NCBI GenBank assembly: GCA_902619045.1
Contig: CACNCX010000002.1
Coordinates: 1-52,262, forward strand
Reading direction: 5' to 3'
Source of the DNA: an uncultured Alphaproteobacteria bacterium
GTDB lineage: Bacteria; Pseudomonadota; Alphaproteobacteria; HIMB59; GCA-002718135
DNA length: 52,262 nucleotides
Both the position numbers and the translations under genes were made by a program. Below, piece after piece: positions 45,455 through 52,262 of this stretch; positions within the stretch are counted from its first letter, which is position 1, and each line of letters begins with the position of its first letter. Under the pieces are notes generated by a model. The model searched no databases. It saw only the letters and a program-made list of their open reading frames with translations, and was not told the origin of the DNA.

Positions 45455-46503
45455 TGGAATATAAAATTACCAAACTTCAAAATGATAAAGGTTTAGATAT
45501 TGACATAGTTAATATTATTAACTCAAACAATTATAGTTTTAGTTTTTATACTTATGGTGGTTATATGAGTGAAGTTTGTATTCCAATTTCTTCGAATGTT
45601 TCTGAAACAGAGGATGTTTTATTAGGTTATGGTAATTTAGATGATTGCCTGGAAGCTCATGGATATTTCAATTCAATTATTGGAAGAGTTTGCAATAGAA
45701 TAGGGCAAAGTAAATTTACTCTTAATGGGAAAGAATATAATTTATATTCTAATACTGAACCTGATCATCTTCATGGTGGAGAGGTAGGTTTCAATAAAAA
45801 GATTTGGAAAATAGCTGATATTAAAAAAACAAGCCAAAGTATAAAAGTAGAGCTCACTTACCAGTCTAAACATTTAGAAGAAAATTATCCAGGCAACCTA
45901 AATTGTAAAACTATTTACGAACTTAATAATAATAACGAAATTCTAATTTCCTTTAATGCTACTACAGATCAAGATACTATTGTTAATATGACTAATCATA
46001 ACTATTGGAATTTCCATGGCCATAAAGATAATTATAAAAATATTACTGACCATGTTGTAATAATATCATCTAATCAAATTTGCGAAACTGATGAGGGATC
46101 AATTCCTACTGGTAAATTATTCGATGTAGTTAATACAAAATATGATCTTAATAATTCATTTGAAATAAATAAATCTTTTTTAGATGGCGGAGGTATTGAC
46201 CACAATTATGTTCTCAAAGATCATTCTATTGATCAATCTATAGCTACCATCTACAGTAATATTACTGGTATGGGAGTTGAATACTCAACTGATCAACCTG
46301 GAATACAATTTTATACTGGTAATATGATGAAAGATTCATATCATGGCAAACATAATCGAAATTATGGATTACAATATGGTATGTGTCTAGAGACGCAAAT
46401 TTTTCCAGATGCTATTAATCAACCAAATTTTCCATCAACTATATTAAAAGTAGGCGAAACATATAATTCAAATACAAAAATAAAATTAAGAAATGATTTT
46501 TAA
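45454..46503 (+). CDS. aldose 1-epimerase (mutarotase) family protein
   Basis: IIGRVCNRIGQSKFTLNGKEYNLYSNTEPDHLHGGEVGFNKKIW matches the GalM core (GR.ANRI..G.F...G..Y.L..N...N.LHGG..GF....W), plus the downstream TNHNYWN and CLETQ.FPD motifs. Confidence 0.85.
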   Translation: MEYKITKLQNDKGLDIDIVNIINSNNYSFSFYTYGGYMSEVCIPISSNVSETEDVLLGYGNLDDCLEAHGYFNSIIGRVCNRIGQSKFTLNGKEYNLYSNTEPDHLHGGEVGFNKKIWKIADIKKTSQSIKVELTYQSKHLEENYPGNLNCKTIYELNNNNEILISFNATTDQDTIVNMTNHNYWNFHGHKDNYKNITDHVVIISSNQICETDEGSIPTGKLFDVVNTKYDLNNSFEINKSFLDGGGIDHNYVLKDHSIDQSIATIYSNITGMGVEYSTDQPGIQFYTGNMMKDSYHGKHNRNYGLQYGMCLETQIFPDAINQPNFPSTILKVGETYNSNTKIKLRNDF

Positions 46504-46552
46504 TAAATTAATTTATTGTTTTATAATTTTATATCTATAGACATCCGCATAA

Positions 46553-47053
46553 ATGAAAATCAGTAAAAAAATCATCGATAATTTAAAAAAAGGTGGAGTA
46601 GATTTTTACTTAAGTGTTCCTTGTAAGTTATTAGCCAACATGATTGATATTCTTGAAAATGATAAAGATGTTTATTATTCGGCTGTACCAAGAGAAGAAG
46701 AAGGTATGGGTATTTGTGCTGGAGCTTATTTAGGAAATAAATTCCCGTGTATAATGATGCAGAATACAGGGATTGGAAACTCAGTGAATGCAATTGTTTC
46801 TCTATTACAATTATATCAAATGCCTGTTGTTTTTTTAATTAGTTACAGGGGTACACCTGGTGAGCCAGTAGGAGCGCAAGGTGGAATGGCGAAGATTACC
46901 GAAGATATTTTACAAACATTGAGAATACCCATGTTGCATTGCTCTTCTGAAAAAGAATTAGATAAAATTTCAACATTTAGCAAACATGCCAAAGTTGTTG
47001 AATCACCAGTAGCTATTTTATGTGATTTCAATTTAATGAAAGATGATAAATGA
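46553..47053 (+). CDS. comD: sulfopyruvate decarboxylase alpha subunit (ThDP enzyme, PYR half)
   Basis: 166 aa with VPCKLL...EEEGMGICAGAYLGNK..CIMMQNTGIGNSVNAI.SL...Y.MPVVFLISYRG, the pattern and size of ComD. It overlaps the beta-subunit gene by 4 nt. A split form of phosphonopyruvate decarboxylase cannot be excluded without a search. Confidence 0.7.
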   Translation: MKISKKIIDNLKKGGVDFYLSVPCKLLANMIDILENDKDVYYSAVPREEEGMGICAGAYLGNKFPCIMMQNTGIGNSVNAIVSLLQLYQMPVVFLISYRGTPGEPVGAQGGMAKITEDILQTLRIPMLHCSSEKELDKISTFSKHAKVVESPVAILCDFNLMKDDK

Positions 47054-47619
47054 ACCGTTTTGATTTATTAAATAAGGTACAAAATATTCTTAAAGATAAC
47101 TTAGTTATTTGTAATATAGGTCTTCCATCTCAAGAATTATATAAAATTAGTGATCAACCAAATTTTTTTTATATGTTAGGCAGTATGGGCTTATCATCTT
47201 CTATTGGCTTAGGCTTGGCACTATCCCAAAATAAACACGTTATTAGTATAGATGGTGATGGATCAGTTTTAATGAATATGAATACCCTAGCAACAATAGG
47301 TAATAGAGCACCATCAAACTATACTTTATTGATAATTGATAATGGTTCTTATGGATCAACAGGAGATCAACGAACATTTACTGATGAGAAAACTTCCTTA
47401 AAGGATGTTGCATTAGGAGCTGGCTGCAAAAATGTGATTGAATGTTCTGGCGAGGAAACAGCTAATGAATTGAACAAAGCCATTGATGATAAAGATAATT
47501 CATATGTAATAATTTCAAAGATCAATTCTGGAAATGTTAAAATTGATCCCATTCCACTCAATCCTATAACTATAAGAGATAGGTTTAGAAAGTTTATTGG
47601 TAAAGTTAAATACCTTTAA
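47050..47619 (+). CDS. comE: sulfopyruvate decarboxylase beta subunit (ThDP enzyme, PP half)
   Basis: 189 aa with ThDP-binding motif GSMGLSSSIGLGLAL...ISIDGDGSVLMNMNTLATIG...IIDNGSYGSTG. Confidence 0.72.
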   Translation: MNRFDLLNKVQNILKDNLVICNIGLPSQELYKISDQPNFFYMLGSMGLSSSIGLGLALSQNKHVISIDGDGSVLMNMNTLATIGNRAPSNYTLLIIDNGSYGSTGDQRTFTDEKTSLKDVALGAGCKNVIECSGEETANELNKAIDDKDNSYVIISKINSGNVKIDPIPLNPITIRDRFRKFIGKVKYL

Positions 47620-47629
47620 TTAATATTTT

Positions 47630-48538
47630 ATGATCATTTGTGCAGGATCAATATTTACAGATTATATAAGTAGGATTAATAAATTTCCAAAAAAACCAAT
47701 TAAAGTTTTATCTAGAGGTATTGATAAAAGATTAGGCGGTTCAGCAGCAGTATCAGCATTTACTGCAAAAATTTTGGGCTCTGAATCAAAATTCATAGGA
47801 AAATTTGGAGATGATGATTCATCAGTTTTTTTAAAAAATGAATTAAAAAAATTTTCTATTAATACTAGCAAATCAATTTTTATTAAAAAATGTCAGTCTT
47901 CGCAAAGCTTTGTAATTGAGGATACAAAAGGTGAAAGATTACTAGCAGCATACAATGATCCAAAATTACTTGATTATAAGAAAATACCCAAATTAAATTT
48001 TAAAAAAAAGGATATTTATTCAATAGATATGAGATGGATAGATATGGCCTCTTATATTGCTATTAATACCAATAAAAAAAATATTAAATGTGTTGCTGAT
48101 CTAGATAATTTTAAAAATTCTTATAAAATTTCTGAAATTGTTCACAAAGCCTCGCACCCTATATTTTCTGAAGAAGGTTTGAAAACTTATAAAAAAAACA
48201 TCAATATGCAAAAGGCTCTTTTTCAAATATTCAATGAAACAAATAAATTTGTTGCAGTTACTATGGGATCAAAAGGTGTTTATTGGGTTGAAAATAACTC
48301 ATTATATCATTGTAATGTTCCAAAAGTAAAAACAGTTGAAACGAATTGTGCAGGAGATGTTTTTCATGGTGCTTTTGCAACAGCTTTATCATTAAATAAA
48401 TCAAACTCTCAAAGTATTCAATTGGCAGCAGCTACTGCAACTTTAAAATGCATGAAAGCTGGAGGCATATATTCAATACCAAATTTAAACAACGTAAAAA
48501 AGTTTTTAAAAAAATTAAAAATTAGAAAAATTAAATGA
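47630..48538 (+). CDS. PfkB-family (ribokinase-like) sugar/sugar-acid kinase
   Basis: 302 aa with N-terminal GGSAAVSA...G and the C-terminal PfkB signature TNCAGDVFHGAFATAL. Confidence 0.8.
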   Translation: MIICAGSIFTDYISRINKFPKKPIKVLSRGIDKRLGGSAAVSAFTAKILGSESKFIGKFGDDDSSVFLKNELKKFSINTSKSIFIKKCQSSQSFVIEDTKGERLLAAYNDPKLLDYKKIPKLNFKKKDIYSIDMRWIDMASYIAINTNKKNIKCVADLDNFKNSYKISEIVHKASHPIFSEEGLKTYKKNINMQKALFQIFNETNKFVAVTMGSKGVYWVENNSLYHCNVPKVKTVETNCAGDVFHGAFATALSLNKSNSQSIQLAAATATLKCMKAGGIYSIPNLNNVKKFLKKLKIRKIK

Positions 48539-49470
48539 CAAAAATTTTAATTACAGAATTTATAGATTCACAATCATTGCAAAATATAAATAAAAAATTT
48601 GATGTAATTTATAAAAAAGATGCCTGGCAAAATAAAGATTTTTTAGAGAGAGAAATTCAGAAATTTGATGGCATCATCGTAAGGAATAAAACAAGTTTAG
48701 ATAAGAAAATTTTAATAAATGCGTCAAATTTAAAGTTTATAGGAAGATTAGGTGTTGGTCTTGATAATATAGATACAGAATACTGTAAAAAAAATAATAT
48801 CATTGTTCAGCCAGCAACAGGTATGAATTCTGACTCTGTTGCAGAATATGTTGTGAATTCTTCTCTTACATTATTAAAAAAAACTCACATCATTAAAGAA
48901 CAAACTATACAAGGAAAATGGCCAAGGACATCAATTGTTACAAAAGAGCTTAAAGGAAAGACTCTTGGTCTAATAGGTTTTGGGGATATTTCAAAAAAAG
49001 TTTCAAATCTTGTAAATGTTTTTGATGTTAGCTGTATTGCATATGATCCTTTTATAACTTCGAAACAAATGGAGGCAGCAAATGTTAAGAAAGTTTTATT
49101 CGATGAAATTCTTAATTTGGCCGACATAATTTCTATTCATGTCCCATTAAATAATGAAACAAAGTATATATTTGACAGACAAGCTTTTATTAAAATGAAA
49201 AAACAACCAATTATAATTAATTCTTCTAGGGGTGGTGTCATCAATGAGAAAGACTTAATTGATGCTTATAAAAATAAATATATCTCTGGTTTCGCATTAG
49301 ATGTTTTTGAAAATGAACCAGTAAATGAAGCATTTTATAACAATATTACAAATGATATGAATTGCATCTTAACACCTCATATTGCAGGTGTAACTGCTGA
49401 ATCAAACGTTAGAGTAAGTAATTTTATAATTGATAAAACAAATAAATTTTTTGAAAATTTTAAAGATTAA
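48535..49470 (+). CDS. D-isomer-specific 2-hydroxyacid dehydrogenase (SerA/ComC-like; candidate sulfolactate dehydrogenase)
   Basis: GRLGVGLDNID, NAD motif LGLIGFGDISKKV, HVPL, SSRGGVI, DVFENEP and TPHIAG. It overlaps the kinase gene by 4 nt and sits next to comDE. Confidence 0.83.
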   Translation: MTKILITEFIDSQSLQNINKKFDVIYKKDAWQNKDFLEREIQKFDGIIVRNKTSLDKKILINASNLKFIGRLGVGLDNIDTEYCKKNNIIVQPATGMNSDSVAEYVVNSSLTLLKKTHIIKEQTIQGKWPRTSIVTKELKGKTLGLIGFGDISKKVSNLVNVFDVSCIAYDPFITSKQMEAANVKKVLFDEILNLADIISIHVPLNNETKYIFDRQAFIKMKKQPIIINSSRGGVINEKDLIDAYKNKYISGFALDVFENEPVNEAFYNNITNDMNCILTPHIAGVTAESNVRVSNFIIDKTNKFFENFKD

Positions 49471-50548
49471 ATTCACTCATCTTAACCACACGATTTTCTT
49501 TTATTGATTTCTCTGCTGCTTCTCCAATAGCCACTGCATGAAGACCATCGTTTATAGAAACTTGTGGTTTTAAATTATTATTAATTGCTTTAATAAATTC
49601 TAAATGTTGATAATAAGTCGATCCATGATGTTGCCCAGCTGATAAAATTTTTTTATCTACCTCAACTAATTCTTTAATTGCATTTTTAGAGTTTCTTAAA
49701 CCTATTCTAACTTCTGAAGAGTTTTTTCCAGATGCATCAGCTGGCACACCTGTTTCTATTTTACCCTTATCTCCAACAACACATAGCTCTTCTTGCATTT
49801 CTGAATTTTCTGCAAACATACAAAGTTCTAAAGAACTTCTTATTCCATTTTTAAAATCTAAAATTACAAATGCATTGTCCAATATATCAGGAACTTTTCC
49901 ATTATAATTTTCATTAAGATGATTTACACTTTGGTCACCACTTGCATATACTTGTGTAACTTCACTATTTGTAATTAGGCGCATTAAATCAAAAAAATGA
50001 CAGCATTTTTCTACTAACGTTCCACCGGTGTTTATTTGGAATCTATTCCAATCATCTACTTTTTTGAGAAATGGAAATCTATGTTCACGAATTGAAAGCA
50101 TTTTAAGCTTACCAATTTTATTAGTATCTATTTCTTGGATCATTTTTTGAACAGGTGGCATGTACCTATACTCCATAGCCACCCATATTACTGATGGATA
50201 TGAAGTTGATAATTTTTTAATTTCAAGACAATCTTCTAATTTTGTACATAAGGGTTTTTCAATTAATAAATGTTTTTTTGTTTTTAATGCTTCTTTAATA
50301 ATTTCATGATGGGTAAAATTGGGAGTCGAAATAATAAAAGCATCCACTTCATTATTTTTAAAAATTTCATTATTATTTGAATAGATTTTAATATCATTTG
50401 AGATAAGATTTTTAGCCTTATTTATTGAATTTTCATTACTGTCTGAGATGGCAACTACTTCAGCTGAATCTATAAGATTAATATTTGAAATATGTTCACA
50501 ACCCATTAGTCCACTTCCAACAATTCCATATTTAATTTTTGTTTTCAT
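49460..50548 (-). CDS. Gfo/Idh/MocA-family oxidoreductase
   Basis: 362 aa with KYGIVGSGLMGCEHI and LLIEKPL. It overlaps the upstream isomerase-like gene by 4 nt (ATGA). Confidence 0.8.
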   Translation of the reverse strand: MKTKIKYGIVGSGLMGCEHISNINLIDSAEVVAISDSNENSINKAKNLISNDIKIYSNNNEIFKNNEVDAFIISTPNFTHHEIIKEALKTKKHLLIEKPLCTKLEDCLEIKKLSTSYPSVIWVAMEYRYMPPVQKMIQEIDTNKIGKLKMLSIREHRFPFLKKVDDWNRFQINTGGTLVEKCCHFFDLMRLITNSEVTQVYASGDQSVNHLNENYNGKVPDILDNAFVILDFKNGIRSSLELCMFAENSEMQEELCVVGDKGKIETGVPADASGKNSSEVRIGLRNSKNAIKELVEVDKKILSAGQHHGSTYYQHLEFIKAINNNLKPQVSINDGLHAVAIGEAAEKSIKENRVVKMSEFNL

Positions 50549-51918
50549 GCTGTGTAAATTGGAATATTAAGTTGCGCACTTAGTTTTTTTATTTCTGAAT
50601 ATACATCTCCATATGTGAATGCTAGATGATGTTCGATACCAGACGTGAATAACCTAACTAATTTTTGATAGGTATTCGTTTGAAATCTAACAACACCAGA
50701 AGTACCTGAAAATGAATTTTTTTTATCTAAAACTTCACCTTTAATAACAATAAATTTTAATTTATTTTCTGATTTTGAAACTCTAAATATTGTTATTTTT
50801 CCAGGTCTAAATGCAAAATCATGTAGTAATGCTTTCCTTCTATTAGAATGTACAGTTGCACTTGCTGTATTTTTTTTTGCCATACTAATTGGAGCTAATC
50901 CACAATGCCAAAAAACTAAAGTATCAGTTTTGGGATCACAATCAACAATGTCTACTAAAAGTGAAGGTTTGTTATTTATCTTATTTAAAATATCGCAACT
51001 TATACTTCCTAATACATCAGCTTCACATGCACTGCTAACTCCCTTTTCATTCATCATAGCCATTGGACCACATGATGCACATCCAAATTGAGTAAACATT
51101 TCAGGCCAACACTTAATTGCAAAAGTATCAATTTTGTTATCATTTTTTATTTTTTCTAACCCATGAAAAATTGAAATACTTTTATTTAATTCATTTGCAT
51201 TCAACTTAGAGACTGATTTCAAATTTTTTTTTATTAAATTTTTAGTTTTTGTAATATCTTTAGTGCTAACATTTTTAGAAACATTAAACAAAGTTTCTAA
51301 TTTAATTTTCTTAAGACTATAATTTAATTTTTTTTCTATTTCTCTATTATCATAATCACAGGTAAAAAATCCATCTGGTCTTTTTCCAACAAGTCCTAAA
51401 TTCTTTTTTTTTGAAAAAATAATGTCATATTTCTTTTTAGAATTTTTTATTTTTTTCAATCTATTATTTTTTAAAATTTTTTTATTTTTTAAAAAATTAT
51501 TAATTTTTTCCATTTCGAATAATTTATTATTAATAAAAATTGAAAATTCTGGCTTATATTTTAATTTGATTAAAGAATGCATAGCAAGATTTACACCACA
51601 TAAAGAATTCAATCTTAACCGCTTACCTGTTCTTGGCTCTTTAAAACTTATTAAATGTATTGGTTTATTAAATGTTTTAGCAAAACTTGTTATAAATTTT
51701 GCATCAGTGAAAGTTGTTTGAGCAATGATATATTTGCTACAATTTAGTTTTTTAAAATATCTAATAGCTTTTTTTCCTGTTTCATCATCTGTAATTAATT
51801 CTTTAAAATGTGAGTATTTAATGTCTAAAATATCTATAAATTTTTCAAACCTTTTTTTATTATCTAAAGCATAATTTATATCAAATGTATCTCTTGCTAA
51901 TGCTAAATAACCAATCAT
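50545..51918 (-). CDS. L-fucose/L-arabinose isomerase-family protein (aldose-ketose isomerase candidate)
   Basis: 457 aa. The N-domain has LNSLCGVNLAMHSL. Candidate metal and catalytic positions are ACEADVLGS, VDIVDCD and the C-terminal GIEHHLAFTYGD. A Lys-rich low-complexity insert spans roughly aa 140-240. The family call is from recall only. Confidence 0.55.
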   Translation of the reverse strand: MIGYLALARDTFDINYALDNKKRFEKFIDILDIKYSHFKELITDDETGKKAIRYFKKLNCSKYIIAQTTFTDAKFITSFAKTFNKPIHLISFKEPRTGKRLRLNSLCGVNLAMHSLIKLKYKPEFSIFINNKLFEMEKINNFLKNKKILKNNRLKKIKNSKKKYDIIFSKKKNLGLVGKRPDGFFTCDYDNREIEKKLNYSLKKIKLETLFNVSKNVSTKDITKTKNLIKKNLKSVSKLNANELNKSISIFHGLEKIKNDNKIDTFAIKCWPEMFTQFGCASCGPMAMMNEKGVSSACEADVLGSISCDILNKINNKPSLLVDIVDCDPKTDTLVFWHCGLAPISMAKKNTASATVHSNRRKALLHDFAFRPGKITIFRVSKSENKLKFIVIKGEVLDKKNSFSGTSGVVRFQTNTYQKLVRLFTSGIEHHLAFTYGDVYSEIKKLSAQLNIPIYTA

Positions 51919-52053
51919 TGAATTTTGATATGTTTATAATATTTTTTAACAAAATATTATTATTTAATTTCAAAATTAGCCATTATTTCTAGGTTTTTAT
52001 TACTTGTATATAATAATTTAATATGTTTAAGTCTGAAAAAAATTGGAGGATAA

Positions 52054-52262
52054 ATGATGAACTTTAAGTTTATTTTAAAAGCAATATCTGTAGCTTTAGT
52101 TTCATTCTCATTAACTTTAATTTCTGCAGTTTCTTTTGCTGCCACTGATGTACGTATTATGTGGTATGGAGATGGAGACAAAGAAAATGTGCCAATTGCA
52201 GCACAAATTGATGAGTTTAATGCAGCTAATCCAGATATAAATGTAATTTTAGATATTGTACC
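52054..52262 (+). CDS. ABC transporter substrate-binding protein, family 1 (sugar type); 3' end cut by window edge
   Basis: Not in the ORF track. GGAGGA lies 7 nt upstream of ATG 52054. Translation gives MMNFKFILKAISVALVSFSLTLISAVSFAATDVRIMWYGDGDKENVPIAAQIDEFNAANPDINVILDIV, a signal peptide plus the typical CUT1 SBP start. Confidence 0.6.
   Translation, partial: MMNFKFILKAISVALVSFSLTLISAVSFAATDVRIMWYGDGDKENVPIAAQIDEFNAANPDINVILDIV

Noticed and set aside
46502-46517. Perfect 16-nt palindrome AATAAATTAATTTATT after the mutarotase gene. The 10-bp A/T-only inverted repeat at 51936..51960 in the isomerase/SBP divergent spacer was considered alongside it.
   Set aside because: Both are composed only of A/T in spacers that are nearly pure A/T, so palindromes of this length are expected by chance. 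No second copy or matching regulator supports a function.
1-52262. Defence systems, CRISPR arrays, toxin-antitoxin pairs, prophage or mobile elements, and tRNA/rRNA genes.
   Set aside because: No repeat-spacer arrays, no transposase, integrase, recombinase or nuclease-like ORFs, no small paired ORFs of TA size, and no GC-rich structured intergenic segments of tRNA size were found on either strand. Nearly every base is accounted for by metabolic or housekeeping ORFs.

Overview
AT-rich (about 30% GC by eye), almost gap-free coding sequence: about 56 genes in 52 kb, many 1-11 nt start/stop overlaps, and most spacers under 120 nt. I saw no rRNA, tRNA, CRISPR array, transposase, integrase or obvious prophage or defence genes. 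Composition, packing and gene content fit a streamlined marine alphaproteobacterium of the SAR11/Pelagibacterales type; this is an inference, since no search was possible. Positions 1-10.3 kb are conserved housekeeping synteny: lgt, ubiK-like, proC, EnvZ/OmpR-like two-component pair plus MarR, ilvE, moaED, pgsA, uvrC. From 10.4 kb to the end the window is a dense accessory metabolic region centred on organosulfur and sugar-like substrates. It holds xsc, a pta/tpa/ald taurine module, split sulfopyruvate decarboxylase (comDE) with a 2-hydroxyacid dehydrogenase, a HisD-family (HpsN-like) dehydrogenase, cysQ beside an APS-kinase-like/nucleotidyltransferase pair, and a cytoplasmic Cys-type sulfatase. 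It also has three ABC importers: a CUT1 sugar type, a large family-5 Dpp-like type, and a third starting at the window edge. The best candidates for undescribed biology are two clusters. (i) A LacI-controlled cluster (16.4-29.1 kb) has three tandem-NTF2/SnoaL-like paralogues, a bicupin, a MetE-like protein and an Asp-less HAD protein, tied together by a shared palindromic operator seen at two divergent promoters. (ii) The second (36.2-51.9 kb) is an operon set. It couples a non-peptide Dpp-like importer to three Gfo/Idh/MocA proteins, a mutarotase, a PfkB kinase, a FucI-like isomerase and ComDE, which suggests an uncharacterised sulfo-sugar route feeding Xsc. All product names rest on motif recognition and gene context only; no database search was run.
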